Assembly: GCA_035084275.1 (NCBI GenBank)
Contig: CM068752.1
Coordinates: 992,001 to 1,056,000 of the forward strand
Length of the DNA stretch: 64,000 nucleotides
Source: Hydrolagus colliei
Lineage: Eukaryota
Reading direction: 5' to 3'
In this document: positions 24,171-37,660 of the stretch, piece after piece
Numbering within the stretch: position 1 is the first letter of the stretch
Layout of the letters: the number at the start of each line of letters is the position of its first letter
Position numbers and translations under genes: made by a program
Notes under the pieces: model-generated
Databases searched by the model: none
Told to the model about the DNA's origin: nothing
Seen by the model: only the letters and a program-made list of their open reading frames with translations

Positions 24171-26496
24171 AATATAATAATACAGTACAGAAGTCAGCTC
24201 CAGCTCTTAATTTCATCAGTGTACTTTATCTAATCCGAGCTGCCTGTAACAATCAGCAGGAACAATAAATGTGTTGTCTTTGGTCCCACCTCGAGGAATT
24301 CTGACATTTTACAACACATAATAATTACATTTTCATTTAAGCTTTTGTTTCCTATTGCTATTTGGCATCTGTTGATTAAAACTGGAGTATTTGGCAGCGG
24401 ATCACGTTACCAGGGAAACCGTTTTAATGTTTCATTCTGCTCTGCTAGCGTCGTGCCTCCTTCGCTTCAGATAATTATTTTTTTGAAAAAAAACGTGTTA
24501 CAGGGAGGATTAAGGTACACAAATGTACAGATAATCCCCTCAACCCCGGGCTGGGTTGAATGAGTGAAATACACGCTGATGCCTGTGAGTGTCACAGTCA
24601 ATCCCACTTTACGATATATTCTGCGAGGTGCTTTGAGGATGTTTTGACCACGTGATAAGGCGCTATATCAAATGCAGAAATGGTTTTAAAAATAATATTA
24701 CAATAATTATAAAATTAGGATTATTGTAAAAATGGTTATCATCATTAATATTGTATTCATATTGTTTCAATAATCCCTCTCCCCCCCCCCCCCATAACCC
24801 CCCCCCCCCCCCAATAATAAATCGGTCGTTTCAATCCACGACTGTTTGTGGGGGCCGCTGCTGTGGCTGCCGCATTTCGCCCACAAATATATATACAGTC
24901 GATTCACTTTACAGTAGACTCTTACCACACTGGGTGAGCCAGTCCCATGACATTGCTCCAGAATCGAGTGCCAGGGAACAGCCCTGAACAGTGATGACCA
25001 TCGGCATTTCCTGCTGCAAAGTAGCTCAAAGTCACATTAGGTATTGGGTTTGGACCGACAGCAAACACACAGCAGTGTAGGTGGTCACTGAGGCCATTTC
25101 CAATCAAACCATCTGAGTGCTAATCCTACCTCATTCCCCGCTCTCTCCACCACCCTCTCTTAATAACCTTCCTGCGCACGTGGCATCTAATCCTCTTGTA
25201 CATGTCCCCCTTCATCTCTGTTCCAACAACCACCCCTGGCGAATTCCCATTTTGTTCCCCCCCCCCCCGATCCCTAACGTGCTCTGTCGCCCGCTGAGCT
25301 GAAACGGTAAACAGATGGCCCCCCTTATCCTTTGACTTATCCAGCTCAACACTTTCCAACTTCCCATTACCTGCGTCAGATAACCCCCCGACCTTCTCTG
25401 CTCCAGCAAACAGCTGCCAAACGTCTGTAGCCCTTGTTCTCGTAGCGATGTCTCTGTATCATTTGAGAACTTCGGGAAAGCACAACAATAATAATAAGAA
25501 GAAGAAGAATCCTTCAATGTGACGCAGTGCATTATTTCACATCTTCGAGACGCCTCAAAGAGCTTCACAGCATACACTGCCAAGGGAATTGACTGTGTGT
25601 TTCGTGGGCGAAACCTGGCAGCCAATTTGCGCGCAGATTTTCTTGCGCTCCTAGATTGTTTTAAACAATAAGCAACTTATTCTAACGTAATAACGGACAT
25701 CGATTCCTGTGTTAAATAGCGAGTGTTACATCATTGATCTTTCCGTTATTTGACGTGGTGGACCCAGTTCTTAAGCCAATTTGCTGGAGTTTACTGAGGT
25801 GCGAATTGATTGACAACATTCAGGGTGACAGTTTGAGATCTTCTCGCAGTGAGTGATAGTCTTCCCAGCCAGTGGGACTCAATGAGTACAAAGAGGACAC
25901 GTTGAGAATAACTCAGTTCCCTCACTGACAAAATCGCATTCAACTTAGCGGCATACGCGCCTGGTTTTTCACAAGAAAAACATTTCAGAATTTTTTGGGT
26001 GGAGAACAGAGCTGGGAGAAACAACTTAGTGAGAAGCAGATTTGATGGACGAAGGATCCACGACACGAACGATCCTATGTGAAAAGGGCGCGGAATAAAT
26101 GCAAGTGGTTGTTGTCGTCGTCCCAAGTATTCTTCCCTCAAGTGTTTGGGGTACGGAGAGGAACCGAACTTGGGCTGGCGTTCAGCGATAACATGGTTTG
26201 CAGTGTTATACAAAAGGGATGAAGAGCCATGATTAGAGCGACGCCACTTAAATCGGTCAAAAATTGGTCATTCTACACAAGGCTTCAAAAGAAAAATGCA
26301 ATCGAATAAGACTTGGGAATATTTTTAACCCACGTTATTCATCCTGGACTAGTTACTGGCTTCAATGGGACATTTCCATCTTCAAACCATCGCGAAGCGC
26401 TCTGAGACACCGCCCGGTGTCACTTATATAAATACAAGTTGTTGTCGGTTGGCCCACCACCCAGCTGAGTTTATTATCAAACCTGCGATTCTGTTT

Positions 26497-26730
26497 ATAA
26501 TAATAATAATAATAACCCTTGCATTTGATATAGGGCTTTTCCCGTCTTCTAGACGTCTCAAAGCGCTTCACAGAATATGCTGTAAAGTGAATTGACTGTG
26601 TATTTGTGGGCGAAACGCGGCAGCCAATTGGGCACAGCGGCGTCCCCCACAAACAGTCGTGGATTGAAATGATCAATTTTTATTATTGTGGTGGGGGGTT
26701 TTGTGGGGAGGGATTATTATTATTAGGCCT
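26497..26730 (-). mobile_element. SINE lacking head
   Basis: Reverse complement from the tail to TTATTAGGC. Confidence 0.88.
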
Positions 26731-27181
26731 AAAGAAACAGGAGAAACTCGGGGAGGAAAAAATAAACTCTTGCAAGAATTCAACCAGTCGCCGTCTCTCG
26801 GGCTATTCATTTTCAATGTAATCTAGCCACTTTTGGCTTTGTTTCCAACGTACCTCATCGGCCGCCAATTCCCTGAATTTGCCACTAGTCTTTAAAACGT
26901 TCCGATTTGGAACTCTCCCAAATTGTCAATTGCAGAAAACCCGCTGGTGCGTGAAATACGCTCTGAGATTCCGTTCAGGACATCTCCACTCTTGTTGACG
27001 CCAATGGGGACACTGGGAATATTGTTGCTCCGCTGGGATAGTGAGCTGTAATAATGCCGTTGATAGTCTAAACAAACAAGGGAATACAGCAGTCCTGCAA
27101 GATTGCTGGAGTTAAAATACGCCAATCTACGCCGAGGTTTTTTTTCTCTCCGATTAATGTGTAGTTGGAGTTTAGCTACTT

Positions 27182-27447
27182 ACTTACAAGCGCGAGACTT
27201 GTGTTTCGAATCCAGGCAGGTCAGTCAGGGTGAAACCTTGGGCAATTTACCTTACCTCACACACACACACACACCCGCCTGATAATAATCACTCCCCCCC
27301 CAAAAAGGTCAATCAATCCACGAATCAGCTGCCATGTTTCGCCCTCAAATACACAGTGAATTCACTTTACAGTATATTCTGAAGCACTTTGAGACGTCTA
27401 GAAGACGTGGGAAGGTGCTCCGAAAATGTAATTTTGTTGTTGTTGAC
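27182..27447 (+). mobile_element. SINE with internal deletion and L2-type (TTG)n terminus
   Basis: Partial head and body, TAGAA loop, then GCTCCGAAAATGTAATTTTGTTGTTGTTG. Confidence 0.82.
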
Positions 27448-28469
27448 TTGGAATAAAGAATTATTTTCAGAAAGGGTCAATATTGCCTGTCTGCCTGCCT
27501 GCCTGCCTGCATATATATACATAGTTAAACACTGAGATTCCGTGTCAGCAATCACCTAAACATTAGACAAGATATTGCTGTTTAGCTACTCTCTTTATTA
27601 ATGCGAAACATTGCACTCACTGCCATCTGTCCATCAGAGATATTTATCCCTGTCCAAGAAAGAGCAAGGACAGCGTTCCAAGATAATATAATTCTACCTA
27701 CTAATAATCCTTGCATTCGATATAGCTCTTTATCACATTTTCAAGACTCCATAGATATACTGTAAAATGAATTGACTGTATATTTTTTCTGGGCGAAACG
27801 CGGCAGCCAACTGCGCACAGCAGCGTCCCCCACAAACAGTCGTGGGCTGAGTGAGTGACCAATTAATATAAAGGACACCTTCATTGCCTTCTTTTGTGTC
27901 CAGGTTCATCCAGGTTTTGTTATTTCATCTCGAAATACTCACCGAGCTTTAACAATCCCACCCGACCAATCCTCGGATAGAAGTGACGCTTGAGAAAAAA
28001 ACAGGAGCGAAAAAGAATCCATTCTCTGCTTTTTTGTCAGGGCGGATTTTGAGAATAGAAAATCTAAAATCATATTTTGATTCCCTCGGGCTCACCACTA
28101 CTTGCAGCTCACTGGGGAAATCTGGCGAGAACCAGGAGTAGAAACTTTTGTTTTCGCTTAGGCAGCAGAAAAGTGTATAAAAGCAGCTTTTTTGTGCTTT
28201 ACTTCTGCATTGTTGCTGAGTAAGATTTCCTTCTGCTCAGAATAGCAGCAATTATTAATGTCTTTGTGGAGAACTGAAAGAACTGTGCTTGTGTGTGTTT
28301 TTTTTTTATCAAGAGGTACTGCATTCGTAATTTTAGTTCAAAGACTTGGGGACTTGAGTGAAAGAGTATCGGTGAAGTCAGAACCCAATCACCGTTGGTC
28401 ATTGTCGCCGGAAAGTAGGACCTGCACGAAATTCTTTTACCCAATTCAAGGTCCTGGTCCTCACGTTCA

Positions 28470-28800
28470 CAGCCACTTCATGGTCTCGCTCCACCCTTAC
28501 ATCCGCGACCTCCTAACCCCCTACCAACCCGCCCGCCCCCTCCCCTCAGGCTCCGGACTGCTCCACGTCCCCCGCCCCACCCGCCCCACCATCGGCGGGC
28601 GATATCCTTCAGCCACTCTGCACCCCCCCCAACCTCTGGAACTCCATCCCACAGTCCCTCCGCCTCGCCCTCCTTCCCTGGCCTCCTTCCAAGTCCTGCC
28701 TCAAGACCCCATCGGCCACTCCAAATCCCTCCGCTTTCCCTCCACCCTCCCTTGTCCCCAGCTCGGGTCTGAAACTTTGACTGTCCAGCGCCTCGATGAA
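28470..28800 (+). mobile_element. L2 LINE 3' fragment
   Basis: Translates to PYIRDLLTPYQPARPLPSGSGLLHVPRPTRPTIGGR (L2 ORF2 end). UTR CTCGGGTCTGAAAC...ACTGTCCAGCGCC. Confidence 0.85.
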
Positions 28801-29592
28801 TAACTCGCGTGACGGGAGAGGGTTTTGTAAAACTCGATGCAGCGGCAGGGAAAGGAGGCTCGGTTTTGGTTTGATTGCGAAGCTCTGCCACTTGTCAATA
28901 CTCCTGCCTCGGAGTCAGAAATCCGTGGGGTTTCAATTTCCACCTGAAGGACTTTGGACTAATGTCGCACTGCAGGGCTAGAAAACAACGACAACTTGGA
29001 TTTATATCGCGCCCTCCCTCACTCATTCCACGCCGGACAGCGTCTCAGTGCGCTTCCCAATAACGGATCTCAGGCCCGAGCCAGGGGGAGAGAGAGGGAG
29101 AAAGCACGGTCGAAAAGAAAGGGCGAAGGCGTTTCGCCCACAAATATACAGTCAATTTACTTTACACTGTATTCTGTGAAGTGCTTTGAGACGTTTAGAA
29201 GAGGTAAAAAGCACTACATCAAATGGAAGGATTATTTATTATTATTATTATTATACCACTGATGATTCACTTTATGGCCGTGTGTGGGATATTGTGTGGA
29301 AACTCCGTAAAGCACTTTGAGACATCCTTTGAACAGTAGGTTTTGTGTCAGAGGCAAGCATTATTATCATAATTGCCTTACTAGTGTTACAATCCATTAC
29401 GGTTTGTTGCAGGCTGTGACTTTGTTAACTATAGCCCGAGAAACATCATCCATATATGTATTTTGTGTTACACATTTGATGTAATATCCCACACTGCTGG
29501 AAAGGGGTTTGACTTGTTTCTCACCGCTGCTGTATGTTCTACGAGAGCAACTGCTTTGTTCATCATATCAATGCTTTTGATAAAACACCATT

Positions 29593-29912
29593 GTGGAGCT
29601 CCTGTAGCTCAGTGGGTTAGAGCACTCACCTGACAAGCGTGAGACCTGTGTTCGAATCCAGCCAGGTCAGGGCGAAACCTTGGGCAAGTTTCCTTACTCC
29701 ACACACACACACACACGCCTAATAATAATCTGTCCCCAAAAAAACACAATAATAAAATTGATCATTTCAATTCATGACTGTTTGTGTGGGGGACGCTGCC
29801 GTGCGCAATTGGCTGCCGCGTTTCGGCCACAATTATACAGTCAATTCACTTTACAGTATATTCTGTGAAGCGCTTTGAGACGGCTAGAAGACGTGCAAGG
29901 ATTATTATTATA
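29593..29912 (+). mobile_element. SINE (main family), full length
   Basis: GTGGAGCTCCTGTAGCTCAG head through the tail. Confidence 0.92.
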
Positions 29913-30597
29913 TTAAAGCATGTTGTCAAAATGTCTTGAAACACAGGATTTGCTGCGAAAGTGTAGTGACTGCATCTTTGCAGGTGAATGTGGCAGCCAA
30001 TTTGTGCTCAGCCAAACAATGTTTCCCCCAAACAGTCATGAAATGAATGGCCTGTTTTAAAAATAATTTTTTTTAATTGGTTATTCCCTGGTGAAAATGT
30101 TGTTTTGTAAATCTTGAGTGGGTGGAGGTGGGGAGATTGAGCGTCACTACATAACAATCTGGTCAAATGGTTTCCAGTGCTCACACACACACACACACAC
30201 ACACACACAGTGCTCACACACACACACACACAGTGCTCCCTCACAAACGCACACACACACAATCCATCCTCTTGAGTGATCCTAACCATGTTTTCCTCAA
30301 CTGTCAACAAGTATCCCCTGACACCATCAGTGGATTACCAAATTGCGTTTGCAGTTAACACGAGGTTTCTGCCCACATTAACTCTCCTTGTGACGCTTCT
30401 GTTGCCCTTCAGAGGGGATTGAGGTGTAGCATCTGTTAAGGTTCTTTTAAAATGAGCAGTTAACAGGTAAGGCAAGAACCAATTAGCTACACAAGACCTA
30501 CAACAACAATCCTCCTCCTGAGTTAGTTCAGTGTAATTTGTCTAAAGCTGCTGGATAATGTCACCTACTTGCATATACTTAATTGTGTTGTGCGAGA

Positions 30598-30812
30598 TGA
30601 AGCCTTGGGCAAGTTTCCTTACTCCACACACACACACACGCACGCGCCTAATTCTAATCCCTCCAATAAAAAACAATAATAAAAAAAATTGGTCCATTTC
30701 AATCCATGGCTGTTTGTGGGGTCGCTGCTGTGCGCAATTGACTACTGCGTTTCGCCCACAAATATACAGTCAATTCGCGTTACAGTACATTCTGTAAAGC
30801 GCGTTGAGACGT
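30598..30812 (+). mobile_element. SINE, partial
   Basis: From CCTTGGGCAAGTTTCC to GCGCGTTGAGACGTC. Confidence 0.85.
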
Positions 30813-31157
30813 CATCCATGAAATGAACAAGAGATCAAGTGATAAAAGCAATAATAATAATAATAATTACTACATTTGATGAAGGGTTTCACAGGTTATG
30901 CTGTAAAGTGTAATTAATGACTGTATTTTCTAGGTGAATGTGGCAGCCAATTTGAGCGAAGCAATGTCCCAGATAAAATATGGATATAATTATATACAGT
31001 ATAAACATAATGATATATACATGGCTATTAAGCAGCATGCAAGTGTCACGTACAGTAGTTTAATTTAAGAACTTGTAAATATTAACTTGGAGCTGGATAT
31101 TTATTGAACTAAAAGATGATTGTTTCAGGATTAGGAATTGACGGATGGCAATATAGG

Positions 31158-31380
31158 ATAATAATAATAATCCTTGCATTTGATAGAGCGCTTTTTCACA
31201 TTCTTCTAGACTGTGACTCAAAGTGCTTCACCGAATGTACTGCAAAGTGAATTGGCTGTATGTCTGTGGGCGAAACACGGCAGCCAATTGCTCACAGCAG
31301 CGTCCCCCACAAACATTGGCGGATTGAAAACGACCAATTTTACCAGTGTATTTTTTTTGTTTGGGAGAGGGATTATTATC
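31158..31380 (-). mobile_element. SINE lacking head
   Basis: Reverse complement of tail and body. Confidence 0.85.
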
Positions 31381-31668
31381 ACACTAACTTCAAGCTACTG
31401 CTAAGAAATTCCAGGCTCTCTTTTTTTTTTTGCTTTAGCTGTCTGCACCCGGGGAGAAATGATTAATGCATCAGCGGTTACCGCAAAACGTGAAACACTG
31501 AGGTTTTTCGGCCAAAGCTTTTCCCATTATCAGCAGCAGTTATAGTGTCTTATTCAGAAACGAATTAAAAACTGAGATTGTCGCTAGGCTTCGAGGAGAT
31601 CCACTGGAGCGGAGGCCTCCTGTCAGGAGAAGTGGAATGGATGCGGTGGAACCAGCCGGCTTACCCCC

Positions 31669-31706
<38 letters not shown>

Positions 31707-32114
31707 AAGTCAGGGCTTATCTGTGCAGTTTTTTTTATTACTTCGCTGCCGGGAAGAAGGATTATCACAAGGAAGAGCTGTTAAGAGCCTATTTATCATT
31801 CTATCACAAATAGTGTCCTGAGATGGTATGGCTTCGTATCACACAGACCCCTTTGCTGCAATTGCATTACCTCAGGCAGCCTCCTGCGTTACCTTTGGCT
31901 TCTCTCCATTAGCTTGCAGATGGGATAAGGGCTTTCGTAAAACTAACTGTAGCCATTTTCAGCTTACAGCTTCTCTTATCTAACACAGGGCTTTATAGAA
32001 AAGGCAATACAAATAGACTACCTGTAAGACTCCCAACTAAAGAAAATGGCCATTTCTGTTTTTTTCCCCTTAATTGTATCTTTTGTTCAAAGAACAGTGC
32101 CATAGTTCTGTAAG

Positions 32115-32336
32115 AATAATAATAATAATCCTTGCATTCGATATAGCGCTTTTCACGTCTTCTAGACGCCTCAAAGCGCTTCACAGAATATACTGTAAAG
32201 TGAATTGACTGTCTACTTGTGGGCGAAACGCAACATGCAGCAATTGCGCACAGCAGCGTCCCCCACAAACAGTCGTGGATTGAAATGACCAATTTTATTA
32301 TTGTGTTTTTTTTTAAGAGGGATTATTATTAGGCGC

Positions 32337-32392
<56 letters not shown>

Positions 32393-32498
32393 AGTAAAGG
32401 AAACTTGCCCAAGGTGTTGCCCTGACCTGCCTGGATTCAAACACAGGTCTCACGCTTGTAAGGCGAGCGCTCTAACCGCTGAGGTACAGGAGATCCAC
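32115..32498 (-). mobile_element. SINE (main family), full length with long (TG)n
   Basis: Complete element with an ~50-bp TG tract at 32338-32389. Confidence 0.92.
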
Positions 32499-34269
32499 AA
32501 GGACAAATACAAGGATTCATTGACAATAAACCCCACATAAGTTGCATTAATTAGGCCATATATTGAATACGACTTCTGCAAAGTATGAGTTATGTCAAAC
32601 TTATAAACAAAAGGAAATTCAACTTGATTTGAGCAGATGTATGTCTTAGGTGATTCTATGATTTATAAAGTCAACACTTATGTGAATTTTACTGTATATT
32701 ATATTGTCTTATTTATAGGCCACATTATTCACTGTCCGAACACCAACACTAAGCACACAAGCAATATCTACAATTTAAAATTGGTTTACAAAACTTAGTT
32801 GCTTGTTTTTCACCTCTTGTGGATAAATCAGTGAGAGATGTATGGACTGAGCTAGCTCGGCAACTTCTCTTGTAGCTGATATTTTTAATCGATGACTGGT
32901 GACACACCAGGCTTTACGACGGAGAAAATCATCGACATGCAAACAGAGAACCTAATTGTGACTGGTTTTGTCTTGTTCATCAACCTTTTTTCAAGAAGCG
33001 TATTGAAACTATGGAAACGCCACACTGGGCAGGTAGTTCGAGAAATACTCTCTCGGGCTTCGAACTCCTCAGCATTGTTTACTAATAATACATCTCATCT
33101 TCAGTCTTGATTGAAAAAAAATTGTCTTCAAGGATTGGGATGCGCGATCCTCCTTCACGATCAACCAACTTCTCACTGATCATGTCCCCGTGACTGTTCA
33201 CCTCATGAATTTATTAATTAAGCTGCCCCCCCCCTCACCCTCTTCCACAATTTCTCCGCTTGCCTATCAGTCTGAGCAGCGAAAAGCAGATGAAAAATAA
33301 ATAACACTGCGTATGCAATCAATAGATAGAGCGAACAACCTCATTCGCTTCTCTGAATCACCAATTACTTCTCCCTCTAAAGCATCACGTAGAATAGAGT
33401 TTACCAAAAGCTTTTAAGGTTTCAGGTTGGTAATTCGAGTTGCTGCACAAAAGCGTAATCAAAGTCAAATGGGACAGGCAGCTTTTTATCCAAAGATGTC
33501 TGCCGTGTGTGTTCAGATACTCTGTGCTATCTTAATGTGTCATCTGTATTCATTTTCTCCAATGAAGTGAAATTGTGTGGTTGTCTAAAGCCTCGGCCTA
33601 TTTCCCTTGCAGCATATTCAGTGGAATGGAAATGGATCACAGAAGCTTTTGGAGGAAAGCTCACCTGACTGAAGTTTATCTCTCGTCCGTGCCCTGTTCA
33701 GTATTATAATAGGGCCCATATATGCGGTTATTAAGATTTCAAAATCTCTCCTGTGAAATGAATGTGATTAGAGCTAAAAAAAACACAGCATCGACCTTCT
33801 GCAGAACCAATCTGTGGTCTGATTACTTTCATTCCATGCCATCACCTCCTGAAAGTGATACGCATATCACGGTTCTGTTTTGCTGTTTAAAATGCACAAC
33901 GACCAGATTTTAAATCCTTCCGGTAATGCTTCATTCAAATCAATGGCGAGGCTCAACAGCAACTATATTTCTCCCGCAAAATGTACAGCCACTACACTTT
34001 TGCAGTATATTCAGCGAAGCGCTTTCAGACGTCTCGAAGACGTGATAAGGCACTACATCAAATGCAAGGGTTATTATTATTATTATGTTAATATTTATGA
34101 ATGGCAGGTCACGTCTTATGTCAGTGGTAGGCCATGAAATGATTTGCAATGTCAAGAGTTTGCATGCAACTCATGTTCAAAGGACTGACACTTCAGCGAG
34201 TTGACATGATGCGTCTATGGATTGAGTTTAAAATCAAACCCAGTCAAATAGCATTAAAATCTCTGTCTC

Positions 34270-34438
34270 GCATTGGGTTGAAACGACCAATCCACTATTG
34301 TTCTCTTTGAGGGATTATTATCAGGCAAGGTGGAATAAAGGAAACTTGCTCAATGTTTCACCCTGACATTGACTGGAATGGAACCCAGGTCTCTCGCTTG
34401 TGAGACGAGTGCTCTAACCACTGAGCTACAGGACTCCC
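34270..34438 (-). mobile_element. SINE 5' half, older-type head
   Basis: GGAAACTTGCTCAATG...GAACCCAGGTCTCTCGC...CTGAGCTACAGGACTCC. Confidence 0.8.
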
Positions 34439-35894
34439 ATCTGTATTGAGATTTCTGGATTGAAAAGGAAAGACAGTTCTGCCAAAGGCTGCTGTCACCT
34501 GTGATGCGTTGGCGTTGGGTGGGTGGTGGGGGTGGAGATAGCTTTCATCTCTATTGAACTGTCAGGGCAGGTGATTGAACAACAATGGCAAAACCTAATC
34601 AAATTCTTCAGACGTGTGCCTGGCAGGACAGAGAGTCAAGGAGCACTGGGATTGGAACCCGTGACCTTAGAATTGTCAATCAATCTTGACTTACTTTTTC
34701 ATGCAATGTGCGATCCTCAAAACTCCTCTCAAGTCACTGCGCGTCTCACTCTGACTCCTTTCCATCGCCACAGTCCCTCCATCACTCCGAGAACCAAAGA
34801 TACACAGAGGAACATGCGGTCAACAGATGCGGGGGTTCTGAAGGTCGGAGGGGACATTAGATTGTTGGACTGCGCTCTGTCACACTGTGTACGCTGTTTT
34901 ACGCTTTACATTGCCAAGAGTTGTTTCGTCATTGTATATAAAAAGAATTGCTGGCTGAACAGAGCTATCACAGCAAAAAGAGCTCAGTCATCAAGGGAGA
35001 GAGTTTTTTTCCCCCCCAAAAGGGAAAATATTGGAACCATTAAATCCTTAATTAAAAAATAATAGGACCCCAACATGATTTATATCCATGGATTTTATGC
35101 CAACTTTGAGAATGCACAGTCGAATTTGTTGTGGATTTCCTGAGGCGAGCCGTTATAAATCACCTCCCATATCTATTACACTGTTAATAATATACTTTAC
35201 TTTAGCGCCAGATTAATTCAGGCCTCAATCAGGTTCTTTCCATACCGAGAATCCTTAATGTAAAACCCTAGGAGATTGGAGCAACAAATTAGTTGCGTTC
35301 CTGCTGAATTGTGATGTTAAAATGAGCTAAAAGCCTGTGTGTTGGCATCTTCGCCTCTCAAGTTCGTCCTTTCGAACACTCTCTAAATTTTATTCCTCTG
35401 CTCCAGCTATACATTTTGGCACGGTTACTTGACACTGAATTCCGAACAAGACGGAATCAAATCATTACTTATATAACAGCAAATTCTCTTCAATTCCAGT
35501 CAAGTGTGTGTGTGTGTAAACTGTTGACCTTTGATGCACGTGACAGGTCTAGAAATGACGTACGACCCATAGGAGATTTCCATTCCCAGCCCACTCCTCC
35601 CCACCATCATCTCCAGACACACACACACACACACACACAGACAGACACACATACGCACGTGCATACGCATGTTTGTCACTGTTGTTGACTCAAAAGACAA
35701 TGGATGAACAAATCATGGATGGAAGCTCTACCTCTTCTCAGTCTTTGGCTAACAGTGTGTGCAGGGCTAGGGGACAGACTTGGCTAATCCTTCGTTTGAG
35801 ATGTTGTCCTTACATTGAGACTTCTTGAAGACGTGCTGAGGCGCTATATCCAATGCAAGGATTATTGTGTTTATCAGTAATTAATTACTGGAAT

Positions 35895-36075
35895 GGCCCC
35901 AAGACACCAGAGCAAGAGGACACTGCTGCAAAGGATAATTTGAGGGCATATTCTAGGAAATCTTTACTTATCCTTGAGCTTAATTAATGGTCGGGAGAGG
36001 ATGCCAGGAATGGTGGCTGAGGTTTAGAAGCTGAACTCATTTGCAGAACAGCTTGATACTGTGATGGAAGGATGG
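35895..36075 (+). mobile_element. Old CR1 LINE ORF2 3' relic
   Basis: CAAGAGGACAC...AGGAAATCTTTACTT...GCCAGGAATGGTGGCTGAGG...CAGCTTGATACTGTGATG follows the CR1 TRGH/RKNFF/LPGMVVEA pattern but is heavily decayed. Confidence 0.5.
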
Positions 36076-36164
36076 TAGAGTGGCTGTTATAATAATAATA
36101 ATAAATAATAATAATAATAATGAATCCTTGCGTTTTATACAGAGCCTTATCGCGTCTTCAAGGC

Positions 36165-36477
36165 CAATGGTTCTCAACTGGGGGTACATGTACCTCAGGG
36201 GGTAAAAAATTACTTCCAGGGGGTACAGGTGACAGTACATTGATTTATTTAGCTCTCTTATATAGCATTTTATAGTCTTCCAAATTGTAAATTTAATTAT
36301 TATTCCCCTGGTTGTGTATGTCGCTAGTTATTGTGTTATATAAGAAAATCTTGGTCATAAAATGCAAGTGGAATGAGGGGGGTGGTCTGTGTGTGTGTGG
36401 GTGGGTGGGTGGGTGGTACACGATAATGTTGAAAATTAACAAGGGGGTACGTTACTGAAAAAGGTTGAGAACCACCA
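36165..36477. mobile_element. Non-autonomous hAT (Charlie-like) MITE, 313 bp, inserted in a SINE tail
   Basis: TIRs CAATGGTTCTCAAC (36165-36178) and GTTGAGAACCACCA (36464-36477). 8-bp TSD TTCAAGGC (36157-36164) / TTCTAGGC (36478-36485). Removing it restores the SINE tail CGTCTTCTAGGCGTCTCGAAGCGCTT. Confidence 0.85.
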
Positions 36478-36559
36478 TTCTAGGCGTCTCGAAGCGCTTT
36501 GCGGAATAAAGTAAAGTGAACTGACTGTGTATTTGGTGGGAGGAACATGTTCTTGGAAT

Positions 36560-36730
36560 GATGAGATCAAATGGCCTCAGCCAGTCTTGTGATCTGTCTT
36601 CCATTGGATGCTAAAAGTCCCCATGAGATTTTTTCGAAAAGAAACGGGGGAGTTTTACCAGGTTTCCTGGGCAATAATCCTAATCATTCACCCTACGACT
36701 GTTTGTGTGACTTGCGGGACAAATTGTCCA
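36560..36730 (+). mobile_element. Old DeuSINE-like relic
   Basis: TGGATGCTAAAAGTCCCCATGAGATTTTTTCGAAAAGAAACGGGGGAGTTTTACCAGGTTTCCTGGGCAATA resembles the Deu domain. Confidence 0.65.
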
Positions 36731-37199
36731 TGCTCTCTTATACATAATAATAATAATTCTTGCATTTGATATAGCGCTTTTCACATCGTTTCAAGCCCGA
36801 GACAGGGGGAAGGGAAATTTACTTAATTCATATTTTATTTGTAAATAAATTTATTAACATAGTTAACATAGAATAAATAGAAGAACATATAAAAACATAC
36901 ATATATGACTGTTCTATTTTTAAAGGATAATTATTCCGGATACGCCACCCACCTTAATAATGTTATTCTCTTAATGCGAAGGAGTCTGAGTTTCGGGCAG
37001 AGACGCTCCCAGTTTGGTCACAGGAGAACTCTGCTAATAAGGAGCTGTTTCAGGTTCGTAAACCCAAATATCTCATTATAATGCAGCCTGAAGCCAAATC
37101 GCCCATCTTGAAGTTACATCCTGTGCGCGACGTACAGGGAAAGTGGTTGACAACATTTGCTGAAGTTTTATTTTTGGTCGGCCGGGAATCAGACACTTG

Positions 37200-37660
37200 C
37201 AGAAACAACAACAAAATGACACAAAATGGTCAGGAGGACGTCTCAAGGCGCTGGACAGTCATTGTTTCAGACCCGAGCTGTGGACGGGTGGGAGAGGGGG
37301 AGGGAAGGGGGGGATTAGGAGTGGCCAGTGAGACCATCGAAGAGGAGGATCTTGAAGCGGGACTTGAAGGAGGCCAGGGAAGGGGCGAGCGAGGCGGAGG
37401 GACTGCGGGATAGAGTTCCAGAGGTTGGGAGCAGAGTGGCTAATGCCAATGCCTGCCAATGCTGGGGTGGGTGGGTCAGGGCAGGGGACATGGAGCAGGC
37501 CAGAGCCTGCTGAGCGGAGGGGACGGGCAGTTTGTTGGGGTGTTTGGAGGTCGCTGATGCAGGGTGGGCCTAGGCTTTAAATGTGAGGACCAGGATCTTG
37601 AACTGGATGCTCTGGATGATGCGGGAGCCAATGGAGGATGGGGGAGAGGGAGTCACGAAA
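37200..37660 (-). mobile_element. L2 LINE 3' fragment
   Basis: The minus strand gives SHSAPNLWNSIPQSLRLAR and decayed upstream ORF2 codons, then the UTR and a tail ending in CAACAACAAAAT on the plus strand. Confidence 0.85.

Noticed and set aside
28258-28803. 181-aa ORF
   Set aside because: Its 3' part is a frameshifted L2 ORF2 remnant, so it is not a host gene.
30176-30260. CACAGTG heptamers as V(D)J recombination signals
   Set aside because: They arise from CAGTGCT interruptions of a (CA)n repeat. There is no nonamer at 12/23 spacing and no Ig/TCR segments.
34523-35062. 179-aa ORF
   Set aside because: GTG start, no recognisable domain and no convincing splice signals. Consistent with chance.
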